Of a DNA stretch of 42,667 bases, positions 31,603 through 41,709 are shown one piece after another. The stretch is from a virus, in the IMG/VR virus record IMGVR_UViG_3300050202_000021, positions 1-42,667 of that record; one strand, written 5' to 3'. Within the stretch, counting starts at the first letter, position 1. Each line of letters opens with the position of its first letter. A program made the translations under genes and the position numbers. The notes beneath the pieces were generated by a model. It worked only from the letters and a program-made list of their open reading frames with translations, was not told the origin of the DNA and ran no database searches.

Positions 31603-32334
31603 ATGTCGTTTCTGAAACCGAAGCCCGCGACCTCAACGCAAAGCTCGACAAATTCGTCGTCGTCGCTTTCGGAAAACGTCAACAACGGTATGTTGACGCA
31701 AGCCTATGGGGGGCAGATTGCACAAGGCACGCAGGCGGGAAATTTTCTCTCCTCGCTGTTGACCGGCCAGGGTGACACGGCCGCAGCAAATGGCGGCTAT
31801 CAAGGCTATTTGCAGAACGCAGGCTACGCGCCGGCAATGCGGCAGCTTTCACAAGGGATCACCGGACAAGGGGCGTCGTCGGGCTTGCTGCGTAGCGGAT
31901 CAACCGCCAAGGCGCTGCAATCGCGCGGAGCCGAATTGAACCAGGGCTTCTATAACAATTATCTTCAGCAGCTTACCGGACTGTCCAATACCGGGCTTCA
32001 GGCCGGCGGACTGCTCGCCAACACCGGGCAGCGCTCGACGAGCACGAGCACCGGCACAAGCACCGGATCGAGCACCGGCGGCGCGCCCTCGACGTTTGGG
32101 TCGATCGCGTCCACAGTCGGCGGCATCGCGTCGATTTTCTCGGATCGCCGCCTGAAAACCGATATCAAAAAAGTCGGGCAATATCCCGATGGTCTCGGCA
32201 TTTATCGTTTCCGTTATCGGGGCCAGAAAAACCGCGTGCTTGGCGTCATGGCGGATGAGGTGGCGGTTTTGCGCCCCCATGCGCTCGGGCCGAAAACGGC
32301 AGGCTATGCCACCGTCAATTATGGGAAACTGTAA
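31603..32334 (+). CDS. Tail-associated protein with C-terminal intramolecular chaperone (peptidase S74-like) domain
   Basis: 243 aa with GGAG upstream. The body is S/T/G-rich, followed by SDRRLKTDIKKVG..GIYRFRYRG..LGVMADEVAVLRPHAL..VNYGKL. Confidence 0.65.
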   Translation: MSFLKPKPATSTQSSTNSSSSLSENVNNGMLTQAYGGQIAQGTQAGNFLSSLLTGQGDTAAANGGYQGYLQNAGYAPAMRQLSQGITGQGASSGLLRSGSTAKALQSRGAELNQGFYNNYLQQLTGLSNTGLQAGGLLANTGQRSTSTSTGTSTGSSTGGAPSTFGSIASTVGGIASIFSDRRLKTDIKKVGQYPDGLGIYRFRYRGQKNRVLGVMADEVAVLRPHALGPKTAGYATVNYGKL

Positions 32335-33818
32335 TGGACCTGAATTTTCTTCAGCGCCTCACGCAGCCGCAAGGGCAGGCTGCAATGCAGCCCGGCCAGA
32401 CGCCGCCGTATCTTCCTGCACCGCAACCGGTAATGCAGGACGCGCCCGAAATCGCACCACGCACGCCGATCGATCTTTCGGGCGCGCTTGGTCCTGCACC
32501 AAATCTTCAGCCCGATCCGGCTCCGCAACCGCAGGCATCGGCACCGCCGCGCGAGCGCCGCTCGATCCTCGACACGATCGGAAGGCTTTCGGACGTTTTC
32601 GCCAAGGTTGGGGGTGCCGACGCGCTTTATCAGCCGACGCTCGACAGCCGCGAAGACCGCCAAATGCTGCGCGACGACCGTGCGCAGACTATGGACTTCA
32701 ACCGCCTGAAGCTCGCGTTGACGGGGCAACAAGTCCAAGCGGGCCAGGGCGAGCTTGGCGACGCGGAAAACGCACGGCTCGGGCAGGCCATTCGTGGCTT
32801 CCAGGCGATCGTCAAAGCCAATCCGAATGCTGACACGACGAAACTCTGGCCGCTGCTCGCACGGCAGGCCGGATTGAGCGACGAGCGCGCCGCAGTGATC
32901 GGAAGCGCGATCCACGATAACCCGGAATTGATTACCGGGCTTTCAAGAGCGAGCGGGGCTCCACAGGAATTCGGCTTGCAGCCTTTTTACGCCAAGGATG
33001 CCAAAGGAAATCTGCAAGCCTACCAAGTCGGAAAAGACGGCACCGTTCAACCGATCACGCTGCCGGACGGCACGACGCCGATCGATCCGTCAAAATTCGT
33101 CGATTTGGGCGACCGTATGGCGGGTGTGGGATCGCGCTCGGGCAACGTCACGACGGTTCTACCGAAAGGCGAGCGTCCCGGCAGTGGGGCCGATCGTGCC
33201 AGCCGCGAAAGAATTGCACGCGATGCCAACGCAACACGCACGACGATTGCCGGAATGCCGGCGCGTGGCAAGGCGGGCACGACGCCGGCCGGCGGGGATA
33301 CGCGTTCACCATCGCTGTTGCGCAATGCCCGCGATCTTGTGAGCGAGCTTAGCGGCCTTTACGACGACCTTGACCGGCGCGGCGCAATCGTCGGTGCCAA
33401 GGGAAATTCAGGCGTCGGCAATATTCTCGCACGGCTGGGATCGTCGGGCGCGGGACAAATCGTTGAAGGGACTATTGGCACTGAAGCGCAGGCAACACGC
33501 GACCGGATCAATTCAATTCGTCCGCTTCTGTTGCAGAATTTCGCCAAATTGCTCGGAGCCACTGGCAAGCAGCTTGATTCGAATTCCGACGTCCAGCTTT
33601 GGTTGAAAGCGTTGGGCGATCCTTCGCAGAATATCAGCGCCGTGCGCCGGGCAATCAATGGCCTTCAGGGGCAATTGCGGGAGGCGCGCGTAGCGGCAGC
33701 ACCGGCCGCTGATAAACCCGCACCACGGCGAAATCTGCCGCCGAAAATCACTGTGCCCGGCCGCACCGCTCCTGCGCAATCCGGCGGATGGGGTAAAGCA
33801 TCGGTGGTGGGTAAGTAG
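32334..33818 (+). CDS. Internal virion / ejection protein (putative)
   Basis: 494 aa with a Pro/Gln-rich N-terminus. TAATG overlap. Confidence 0.55.
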   Translation: MDLNFLQRLTQPQGQAAMQPGQTPPYLPAPQPVMQDAPEIAPRTPIDLSGALGPAPNLQPDPAPQPQASAPPRERRSILDTIGRLSDVFAKVGGADALYQPTLDSREDRQMLRDDRAQTMDFNRLKLALTGQQVQAGQGELGDAENARLGQAIRGFQAIVKANPNADTTKLWPLLARQAGLSDERAAVIGSAIHDNPELITGLSRASGAPQEFGLQPFYAKDAKGNLQAYQVGKDGTVQPITLPDGTTPIDPSKFVDLGDRMAGVGSRSGNVTTVLPKGERPGSGADRASRERIARDANATRTTIAGMPARGKAGTTPAGGDTRSPSLLRNARDLVSELSGLYDDLDRRGAIVGAKGNSGVGNILARLGSSGAGQIVEGTIGTEAQATRDRINSIRPLLLQNFAKLLGATGKQLDSNSDVQLWLKALGDPSQNISAVRRAINGLQGQLREARVAAAPAADKPAPRRNLPPKITVPGRTAPAQSGGWGKASVVGK

Positions 33819-36641
33819 ATGCCAACATACAGCATTCGGGCACCAAACGGTAAAACCTACCAAATCGACGGGCCGCAGGGCGCGACGGATGCACAGGTGC
33901 GCGCGCAGGTGCTGAAGCAATTTCCGGGTGCAGGCGGTGCGCCGCCACCGGCACCACCGAAACAGCCGGTGAAACCTGCGACGCCACCGGAAGGTATGGG
34001 AGCACGCAGGCTTCGCGATTTTGGCAAATTTGCCAACGCTACGCCGGAACAGGCGACTACGGCAATGGAATTTGCCGAAAATCGTTTCCGTGAAACGATG
34101 CGGACCAAGGGAATTCAGGGATCGACCCTCGACGCCGCTTTGCAGCGTTTCCGCAGCGATCCGGGATTTCAGGCGCTCGCAATGCGTGCGCAGGGCCGCA
34201 CTCCACAGCTTACCGAAGCCGGCCGGGCGCGGCTGACGGGTGTTCGCACGCCGCCGACCAAGCGCCAGCAAATCCGTGCTGCTGCCGAACAAGCCGCAGG
34301 CGCGCCGGGATCGAGCGGGGCGGGGGATTTCCTTACTGCGCTTAACGCCGGCGCACGTCGCTATATGTTCGGAATTCCTGAACGGCTCGCGGCGGCTGGC
34401 CTTTATGCCACACAAAAAGGCAATAACACCTATCAGGACGTTTTGCAGCTTGTGCGTGATAAAACCGACGTCGAAATGGAGCGCTCGACGGCTGGCACAC
34501 TGACGGGCGGCGTGATCGGATCGGTGGCGAGCGGACGCGCTGTCACGGGCGCGCTCGCACCGCTCGTCTCACGGGCGGCGGCATCGGCATCACCTCTGCT
34601 CGCGCGCGCCGGAAATTATCTTCAGACACTCGGGACATTCCAAAAAGGCCAAAAGTTTGCGAATGCGGCAAAACTGGCGGGAACCGGCGCGGCATTCGGC
34701 GCGGCGCAGGGTGCGGGCGACGGCAGCGGCGCGGGCAGAGGTGCAGCCTATGGCGCGGCCGGCGGCGTGCTGCTTGGCGGCGGTTTCAAGGCCGCACAGG
34801 TTATCACGCGCCCATTCCGGGATTTCTTGCGCCTGTCGAGTGCCAGCAAAATTTTAAGCCGACTCACGACCTCGACGACCGACGAAATTGCTGCCCGCGC
34901 CGCCGAATATCGGCAAGCCACCGGCGCAGAGCCCACGCTGTTCGAATTGCTCCCGCTGGTTGACCGCAACAAAATCTTGAAACAGGCGGTGGTTGGGCGC
35001 GATACCACAGTCGAGCAAGCGTCGAGGGCTATTCGCGAGCGTGCCGCAAATCTCGGGCCGGAAATGTCGCGCCGGGCGCAGACGATCTTGCAGCCGCAGC
35101 GCACTTTCGTCGAGCGCGGTATCCGGCGCGATTTGACGGCGGCGCGCGGCGGTGTAGTCGATCCAGCCGACGAAGCCGTTGCAGCGGCAGCTATCAAAAG
35201 CCCAACCGATATGTCGGCTTTGCGGGACGTCGAAGCGCGGCAGATTATGGCCCCGTTTGAGAATACGCGCGTCGTGGGAAATCTCGACGAGCTTTATCCG
35301 TCCGTGCCGGCACCAGGTGGGGCGGGCCGCATTGCCACCGATCCCGAAGTTTCGGCGGTTATCCGATCGGCAGCGGGAACGCTTCGGCAGCGCGCCGATG
35401 GCGCTGGCGTCACAGCAGGCGATATCACTGATATGATTTCGACATTGCGCAGCGATCTTTCACGCGGCGGTATCGAGGGGCGCACGGCCGAACGCGCGAT
35501 TAGTCATTTGCAACGCACATTGGACCAACAAGCACCCGACGCCGGGGCAGCAGCGCGTGCCATGACTGAAGCCTATGCGGCTCGATCGCGCATGGCTGAA
35601 GGAATGCAAGAGGGTGCGGCGACGCGGACGCGCGATAGCGTCCAGGTGGGCACCAGCCGCCGCGAAGCGCGTCGGGTGCGCAATGCCTATGATACGCCGG
35701 AAGGTGATGCAGGGCGTGTGCTCGGACAAGGAAATAAAATCCTTGGCGATCTTACGGGTTCGCCTGAAGAAGCCTTGCGGGCGACCGTAGGAATTTCGCG
35801 AAACAGTAATCGCGAACCGCTTAGGGCGAATTTGGGTGAGGATGCAGGCGATGCGATCCGTGCGGCCGCACGCGCACAGGATGAAAGCGCACAAGCCTTG
35901 GCGGCGGCATCGAAAACCGCGCAATCGGGTGGGCAGACTGCCGATGCAGAAACCCTTGTGTCGGCGTTGGCTGGCCTGCACCCGTCGTCGTTCATCACGA
36001 CAAAAGCCGGTGCCGTGCGCCAATTGCTCGACATGACCTATATTCCCGCCAACCGTGCGCGAACCATGGTCGATATGATTTTCTCGCAAGACCCTGCGAC
36101 CGTGGCGCGTGCGATCCGTGCGCTCGGAAACGAAAGCAACGGTGCAGCCGCTATGCGCGCGCTCACAGCGCTAGTAGGCCAGGGGGCGAGCGCTGGCACC
36201 ACCCCGCCGCCCGACGTCGATACCGGCGTTGCGGACGGTGGCGCTGATCCTGCGCTTGTGCCACCGCCTGAAGAAATTCCCGATCCGAATGCGGAAATCG
36301 ATCCACCTGTCGATCCGAATGTCGATCCGAACGCTGACCCCAACATCGATCCGAATTTGCCTTACGGGCACGCCGTCGTGTCGTCGATTTTCCCTGAAGC
36401 GGAAATTACCGAAGACGTGCGCGATCCCGACAGCGATTTGGGCCGGAAAAATCCCGGCAGCTATCATGTCAAATCACAAAACGGTGTGGACGTGCGCCCG
36501 ATCCCAGGCATGACGTTCGACGAATTTATCGCCCGGATCGAGGCGGAAGGCCATACGATTATCGAAGCCCGCGACGAAGTAAACAATCCGGTGAGTTACG
36601 CGACCGGGCCACACTGGCATGTCGTTATCGCGGATGCCTAG
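33819..36641 (+). CDS. Large internal virion / ejection protein with C-terminal LAS-type (M15-like) peptidoglycan peptidase
   Basis: 940 aa. The C-terminal SYHVKSQNGVDV...GPHWHV gives an H-x7-D ... H-x-H arrangement, preceded by DPN repeats. Confidence 0.6.
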   Translation: MPTYSIRAPNGKTYQIDGPQGATDAQVRAQVLKQFPGAGGAPPPAPPKQPVKPATPPEGMGARRLRDFGKFANATPEQATTAMEFAENRFRETMRTKGIQGSTLDAALQRFRSDPGFQALAMRAQGRTPQLTEAGRARLTGVRTPPTKRQQIRAAAEQAAGAPGSSGAGDFLTALNAGARRYMFGIPERLAAAGLYATQKGNNTYQDVLQLVRDKTDVEMERSTAGTLTGGVIGSVASGRAVTGALAPLVSRAAASASPLLARAGNYLQTLGTFQKGQKFANAAKLAGTGAAFGAAQGAGDGSGAGRGAAYGAAGGVLLGGGFKAAQVITRPFRDFLRLSSASKILSRLTTSTTDEIAARAAEYRQATGAEPTLFELLPLVDRNKILKQAVVGRDTTVEQASRAIRERAANLGPEMSRRAQTILQPQRTFVERGIRRDLTAARGGVVDPADEAVAAAAIKSPTDMSALRDVEARQIMAPFENTRVVGNLDELYPSVPAPGGAGRIATDPEVSAVIRSAAGTLRQRADGAGVTAGDITDMISTLRSDLSRGGIEGRTAERAISHLQRTLDQQAPDAGAAARAMTEAYAARSRMAEGMQEGAATRTRDSVQVGTSRREARRVRNAYDTPEGDAGRVLGQGNKILGDLTGSPEEALRATVGISRNSNREPLRANLGEDAGDAIRAAARAQDESAQALAAASKTAQSGGQTADAETLVSALAGLHPSSFITTKAGAVRQLLDMTYIPANRARTMVDMIFSQDPATVARAIRALGNESNGAAAMRALTALVGQGASAGTTPPPDVDTGVADGGADPALVPPPEEIPDPNAEIDPPVDPNVDPNADPNIDPNLPYGHAVVSSIFPEAEITEDVRDPDSDLGRKNPGSYHVKSQNGVDVRPIPGMTFDEFIARIEAEGHTIIEARDEVNNPVSYATGPHWHVVIADA

Positions 36642-36694
36642 AACCTTTAAGCCCTTGTATGCGTTGGCGTAATCCGTGATAAAGGATATTCGCA

Positions 36695-37018
36695 ATGCCT
36701 CCATCGAGAGACGAAATGAACGAAGATATCAAGACTTACATCGATCAAAGGGATACCGTGGTCGAGCAAAAGATTAAGCTGTGGATATTGTCGTCCCTGA
36801 TCGCGCAAATCGTGACGCTGCTTCCGATTATCTTTTTCTTGGGCGGTATCTATCAAAGCGCTAATTCGTCGCTCGAATTGCTGAAAAACCAGCAAGTCAG
36901 TGCCGATTTGGTTTTGCGGCGGCTCGACATGATCGAAGCGCGGCAGCTTGAAATGCGCTCGTGGGCCAAAACCAAAGGGTTTATTCCCTTCACTGCGGAC
37001 GTGCCGCTCAACAAATAG
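36695..37018 (+). CDS. Single-TM membrane protein (holin candidate)
   Basis: 107 aa. TM segment LWILSSLIAQIVTLLPIIFFLGGIY. Directly upstream of the endolysin. Confidence 0.4.
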   Translation: MPPSRDEMNEDIKTYIDQRDTVVEQKIKLWILSSLIAQIVTLLPIIFFLGGIYQSANSSLELLKNQQVSADLVLRRLDMIEARQLEMRSWAKTKGFIPFTADVPLNK

Positions 37019-37027
37019 GAGTAGATC

Positions 37028-37705
37028 ATGAACCTTCGCGATTTCCAAATGTGGCTCAACGCGCACGGCGCGTCGATCGCTGTTGACGGGAAGGGCGGTC
37101 CCGCCACGCGCGCAGCAGTGTTCAAGGTTTTCACCAATCTGAATGCGCCAGCCGTGACCTCACAGGAAATTGCGGCCTTCGCCAATCGGCTCGGGGGCAC
37201 CGCAAAGCAGGTGAACGCCGTCGCCAAGGTCGAGAGTGCGGGCGGCGGCTTCAATGACCAAGGCCAGCCGAAAGCTCTTTACGAGCGGCACTATTTTTGG
37301 CGGCGTCTGCGGATCATCATCCCGTTGTTCTCAAATCCGTCGCCGGGCGGATACACGATCGACGCGGATCGCGACGGGTTGAACGATAGCTGGGAAAAAA
37401 TCGCCGATGCCGCGATGCGCAACCCGATCGCAGCTTTCGAGAGCGCGAGCTTTGGAAAATTTCAGGTCATGGGCGCATGGGGGACCAAGCTCGGCTACAC
37501 CAATGCGATCGAATTTGCCTATTCGTTGTCGCGCAGCGAAACGGCGCACTATGAGGCGCTTGTTCGGTATATCGAGCGGTTCGGTCTCGTGCAGGCTTTC
37601 CGCAAAATTTCAACCGATTGGCGCGCCTGCACTGATTTTGCACGCGGTTACAACGGCAAGGGCCAAAAAGGCTATGATCGCCGTATCGCGGACGCAATGC
37701 GGTGA
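37028..37705 (+). CDS. Endolysin: PG-binding domain plus N-acetylmuramidase (DUF3380-type)
   Basis: 225 aa. FQMWLNAHGASIAVDGKGGPATRAAV (PG_binding_1-like), then AVAKVESAGGGF...YERHYFWR...FGKFQVMG. Confidence 0.75.
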   Translation: MNLRDFQMWLNAHGASIAVDGKGGPATRAAVFKVFTNLNAPAVTSQEIAAFANRLGGTAKQVNAVAKVESAGGGFNDQGQPKALYERHYFWRRLRIIIPLFSNPSPGGYTIDADRDGLNDSWEKIADAAMRNPIAAFESASFGKFQVMGAWGTKLGYTNAIEFAYSLSRSETAHYEALVRYIERFGLVQAFRKISTDWRACTDFARGYNGKGQKGYDRRIADAMR

Positions 37706-37935
37706 AAAATTTGCCCGTCTTTAACCTCGTCGCATTTCTCGCGGTGCTCGGGGCGATCGTCACGCTTTGCCTTGCCGGGAAAGCAACCGATTTGGCCGTC
37801 ATTACAGGGCTCGTCGGTGTGCTCGGCTCGTTCAGGCCATGGGGTGCAGCGACGCCATCGTCTGAAGCTGCTACGGGCAAGGCCGACGATCCGCTGAACG
37901 TGGCGGCGGCAGAAACAAAACCGCTTGATCTTTGA
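37702..37935 (+). CDS. Two-TM membrane protein (holin/antiholin candidate)
   Basis: 77 aa. GTGA overlap. Two hydrophobic segments. Confidence 0.45.
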   Translation: MKNLPVFNLVAFLAVLGAIVTLCLAGKATDLAVITGLVGVLGSFRPWGAATPSSEAATGKADDPLNVAAAETKPLDL

Positions 37936-37946
37936 AGGAAAAATCG

Positions 37947-38429
37947 ATGCTGAAAATTCTCAATCCTTGGAAATACGGCACGATCGGCCTTGGTATTGCG
38001 TTGCTACTCTGCATGGCATGGGCGCTGCGGCTCGACGGCTTGCGGGGTTCGTGGGAGAAAAAATTTAACACCCTCGACGGGCAGGCGCAGACGGTGCTTA
38101 TGGCGACGCGCCAGGCGACAAACAATCCGGACCTGAAATGGCCTGCGGTGCCACAACAGATTACTGAATTAGCGGCGGCCAATCTCGCGCTGAAATCGTC
38201 GATCAATCTGGCGAACAGTCGAGTCGACTCGCTCAACGCGGAGACCTTGCGCCTGAAGACGGCCGGCGACGGACTGCGTTTGCAGCTTGCCGACGCGCAG
38301 CGTGATCGAGCGGTATTCGTCGCGAAGCTCGACGCCTTGGCCGCGTTACCCGGTGATCGTGGATCGTGCCCGGCGCTGCTAAGTCAGACGCAGGACGCCT
38401 TGAACCTTGCATGGGAAGCAGGACTATGA
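37947..38429 (+). CDS. i-spanin (Rz-like)
   Basis: ATG at 37947 with AGGA upstream. N-terminal TM YGTIGLGIALLLCMAWAL, then a coiled coil. Confidence 0.6.
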   Translation: MLKILNPWKYGTIGLGIALLLCMAWALRLDGLRGSWEKKFNTLDGQAQTVLMATRQATNNPDLKWPAVPQQITELAAANLALKSSINLANSRVDSLNAETLRLKTAGDGLRLQLADAQRDRAVFVAKLDALAALPGDRGSCPALLSQTQDALNLAWEAGL

Positions 38430-38707
38430 AAAAGCTAATCATCTGCGCGCTGCTCGCGCTGTCGGCGTGCGCCACTACACCCTCTGTCGTCTATCGCGAT
38501 CGACCGGTCGAGGTGAAGGTGCCGGTGGCGCAACCCTGCGTCGTCGGCGTGCGGCCGGATGCGATAATCCCGCTCAACCGGCAATATACGCGCGAAGCGT
38601 GGAACCGGCTCGATCCGCGCCAGAAAGCCGCGATCGTCGGACGCCAAGCGCTCGTCCTGAAGACTTATGGCGAGAGCATCAACGGCGCGACGGCGAATTG
38701 CCCCTAG
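38426..38707 (+). CDS. o-spanin (Rz1-like lipoprotein)
   Basis: ATGA overlap with the i-spanin stop. MKKLIICALLALSAC carries a lipobox. The mature part is Pro-rich. Confidence 0.65.
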   Translation: MKKLIICALLALSACATTPSVVYRDRPVEVKVPVAQPCVVGVRPDAIIPLNRQYTREAWNRLDPRQKAAIVGRQALVLKTYGESINGATANCP

Positions 38708-39189
38708 AGGAATTTACGACCGTATAGGGCCAGGAGCGCAGCTTCAGCGATCCCGTCGTCTTTTGCGCGCGCCACGGCGTGCGCGATCCGGGGAAGCGTG
38801 TTGCGGACCTTCTCGCGACTGGCGTTCTTGTCCGCGCCCTTGGCTAAGCCCATTTTGCTTTTCCAGGTGCTCGGAGTGACGAATTCAATTCGGCAACCAA
38901 CGGCCGCAGCCAGGGCGTGCGCAAACCCGTAGCTTTTGCCAAAGGTGAACATGCTCGTTACACCCTGCCCCGGCCGCGCAGCCACTTGCTCGATGACGAT
39001 TAGATCGGGTGGCGTGAAGGCAAGCGCATTGCCCCAATTCGACGCCCACAACGCCCATGCCGGCGTTTCCTTGGGGAGCTTCACCAAGGGCACGGGAAAG
39101 GTGAGCGCCGCGTCGTCGGGAAAGAGGATCACCAACGCGCCGGTTTTGCCCGGATCGACGCCGGCGACGATCCTAGAAGGGTGCGTCAT
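38704..39189 (-). CDS. RuvC-like Holliday junction resolvase
   Basis: 161 aa. IVAGVDPGKTGALV...LIVIEQV...TPSTWKSKMGL...DDGIAEAALLA. Confidence 0.75.
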   Translation of the reverse strand: MTHPSRIVAGVDPGKTGALVILFPDDAALTFPVPLVKLPKETPAWALWASNWGNALAFTPPDLIVIEQVAARPGQGVTSMFTFGKSYGFAHALAAAVGCRIEFVTPSTWKSKMGLAKGADKNASREKVRNTLPRIAHAVARAKDDGIAEAALLALYGRKFL

Positions 39190-39706
39190 CGAAATTCTCC
39201 CAATTCGTCAAAAAAGGTTGAAGCCATGGGGGCGGGTTGCAGCACGGAACGCCGTCGTTTGATCGCGGCACTGATCGGTATTCTTCAAGCCCCTTTGTCA
39301 CGAAAGCCCAATAGCGTTTCGTGTCCAAATCCTGCAAAGCGCGACCAGGGCGCGCGTGCTGCAAAAAGCGGTTGATCGCTGCGGTTTCGGGCTTGACGTG
39401 CTCGACACAAAGCGTCGAGGGACCGGCCGGGCAACAATGATCGACCTGAAGATTGGTAATTTCAAAACCATGGATATGAATTGCCGCCCATCGGTGCGCC
39501 AGCCACATTTTTCCTTCAAACCAGAAATAGCCGTAAGGCTCATTATGGCCATGACCTCGCGTCATCGTGCCTACCCACATGACGCAGCCGGTGATCGGAT
39601 CGAAAGCGCATTTCTCCGCGAAGCGTTGCAACGCGTCAGTCGATTTCAGCCGTCCGGCCGCATCGCGCTCCGCCTCACGCACATAATGCCGGTTTGGTGC
39701 CGGCAT
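39173..39706 (-). CDS. HNH endonuclease
   Basis: 177 aa from ATG 39706 (TAATG overlap with polA). GCVMWVG...GYFWFEGKMWLAHRWAA...VDHCCPAGPSTLCVEHV. Ends FDDAPF. Confidence 0.7.
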   Translation of the reverse strand: MPAPNRHYVREAERDAAGRLKSTDALQRFAEKCAFDPITGCVMWVGTMTRGHGHNEPYGYFWFEGKMWLAHRWAAIHIHGFEITNLQVDHCCPAGPSTLCVEHVKPETAAINRFLQHARPGRALQDLDTKRYWAFVTKGLEEYRSVPRSNDGVPCCNPPPWLQPFLTNWENFDDAPF

Positions 39707-41709
39707 TATTTTCGGTAACGCTGCATGGATTCGACCTCGGCCTTGACCCTGAACCTGCGTTCGATCGCCCACGGCTCGACGTCTTCCATAAGCTGACGAA
39801 TTACCGTGCACAGGTCGGAGCGATCCTTTTCCTCGAAAACCAATTCATCATGCACCTTGAAAATCGTGTAAAAGCCCGCCGCTTCCGCACGCTTCAAAGC
39901 ACCCGTCATAAGATCGCGCGCGGATCCCTGCACGCAGTCGGCCGTCACCATGCCGTGCCAGGCTAAGTGCCGCCGGAATTTCTTGCCCTGATAGGACATG
40001 AATGACCAAGCGGGGTGTTCGTCGCCCGTGACCGGATTATAGCTTTTGGCCTTGCGCGGGCGGTGATACCAGATTTTGCGCCCGCTCGGCAGACGCATGG
40101 TGAGAAAATCATTTTCCTTGCGAAATTCAATCCCTGCGTAGAAATAGGTTTTCGCGTGATCGCACCAAACTGCATCAACGCTGGCTTGATAAAGCCCATA
40201 CCAAAATTTCGGCACCATCGGCGCGACCTCTTGCCGATATGTCGCGATGCAGATTTTGGCAAATTCGACACTCTCTTTTGGCGCGAAACGGGCGCGGAAG
40301 CCAAGCGGCCCCAAACCGTAGCCACTACCAAGGAACGTCTGTTTTCCGATATTGCCCATGATGGCGTGCTCGGGCAATTTGCGATTGATCGGGCGCTTGT
40401 AGATCATCGACGCAGTTTCGGAATAGACATCCTGCCCACTATGCATTTGGTCAACGCGATCGTGCTGCCCGGCGAACGACAAGAGGTTGCGCGCCTCAAC
40501 CGCAGCATAATCGCCCGACGCGATCACCTTGCCTTTTTCGGGCACGATGCACGAGCGCAGCGACGATATGATCGCGGTGAAGATATCCGAACCCCAAAGC
40601 TCGCGGATCGTGCCCAAATTGCGTGAAAGGATGGCTTCGGCAAGAATATCGGCAGTCAAGCCTTGCCGATCCCCAATTTCGCCGCGTGGGTAATTCTGAA
40701 TTTGGATCAGCCGCCCGCCGTCGCGTCCGGTGCGCGCTGCATGATATTGAGTCGTATAACGCACCCGATCGTCGGAGCCTGCACAGGCGAGCATTCTTTC
40801 GAGCTTGGCGACCGATGACGACGCCAACGAACGCCGCAACGTCAGCACCTCGTGGACGTGATAAGGCAAAGGTTCGTCGAGAGCTTCGATCCCGAATTCG
40901 TCATCGGGATCGAGGATCGCGTTGAGTGTCTGCTTGCGCATGTCACCAAGCGCGATGCCTTGATCGTTTACCCAATTCAGCACTTTTTCGCGCTGCGTCG
41001 GGCGCAAGCCGGTTAGCTCGATAAATCGCTCCGTCATCGGCACGCGGACCTGATCGAGCACGTCGATGCAAGCGTGCACGAATTCCTGATCGATTTTAAT
41101 TCCGCGCTGGTTCACGCGCTGATCGAGTATCCAGGTGTGGCGTTCGCTTGCACCAAGCCCCTGCGTCGAGACATAAACCCCATATTGCGCGTCAACGTCA
41201 GCGTTGCAGTATTCATAGAGCCGCGAAAGATTTTCCGATGTGTGATGCGACCAACCACCGTCGCGATCCGGCTTGCACATCATAAGCATGTGCCGGTGCC
41301 CGTCCATATCCTTCTTCACAGGCAATTCCAGCGCCGTGACGACGGCATCGAGACCAAGCGGCAACGCCTTCATGGCAGCAGCGGCCATTGTATCATGCCA
41401 GCGCTCGGGCGGCAGTGGGGCGTAGCCCATCGGCTCCATGTGAAAACGCCACATCGCTTGCTCAAAGCCCGCGTTGTGCGCGATGAAAATCACCTCGGGA
41501 TCGTTGACCAAATCAACCAGGCGCGGATCAAGCGCGTGCAGCATTTTTTCGGATAAGCAAAAGGCTTTTTCGGGCCGCTTATCGACGATGATTTTCAGCG
41601 ACAGACAGAGCGGAAACGTCGTCATGTCGGCGGCGTATTTCCACGCACCGATTTTTAGCAAGTCTGCACGGCTCGCTGTTTCGAAATCTGCGACAACGCT
41701 TTTCATCAA
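39706..41709 (-). CDS. Family-A DNA polymerase with 3'-5' exonuclease domain
   Basis: 667 aa. ExoI ADFET, motif A SGDYAAVEAR, motif C KVHDELVFE. Confidence 0.9.
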   Translation of the reverse strand: MMKSVVADFETASRADLLKIGAWKYAADMTTFPLCLSLKIIVDKRPEKAFCLSEKMLHALDPRLVDLVNDPEVIFIAHNAGFEQAMWRFHMEPMGYAPLPPERWHDTMAAAAMKALPLGLDAVVTALELPVKKDMDGHRHMLMMCKPDRDGGWSHHTSENLSRLYEYCNADVDAQYGVYVSTQGLGASERHTWILDQRVNQRGIKIDQEFVHACIDVLDQVRVPMTERFIELTGLRPTQREKVLNWVNDQGIALGDMRKQTLNAILDPDDEFGIEALDEPLPYHVHEVLTLRRSLASSSVAKLERMLACAGSDDRVRYTTQYHAARTGRDGGRLIQIQNYPRGEIGDRQGLTADILAEAILSRNLGTIRELWGSDIFTAIISSLRSCIVPEKGKVIASGDYAAVEARNLLSFAGQHDRVDQMHSGQDVYSETASMIYKRPINRKLPEHAIMGNIGKQTFLGSGYGLGPLGFRARFAPKESVEFAKICIATYRQEVAPMVPKFWYGLYQASVDAVWCDHAKTYFYAGIEFRKENDFLTMRLPSGRKIWYHRPRKAKSYNPVTGDEHPAWSFMSYQGKKFRRHLAWHGMVTADCVQGSARDLMTGALKRAEAAGFYTIFKVHDELVFEEKDRSDLCTVIRQLMEDVEPWAIERRFRVKAEVESMQRYRK

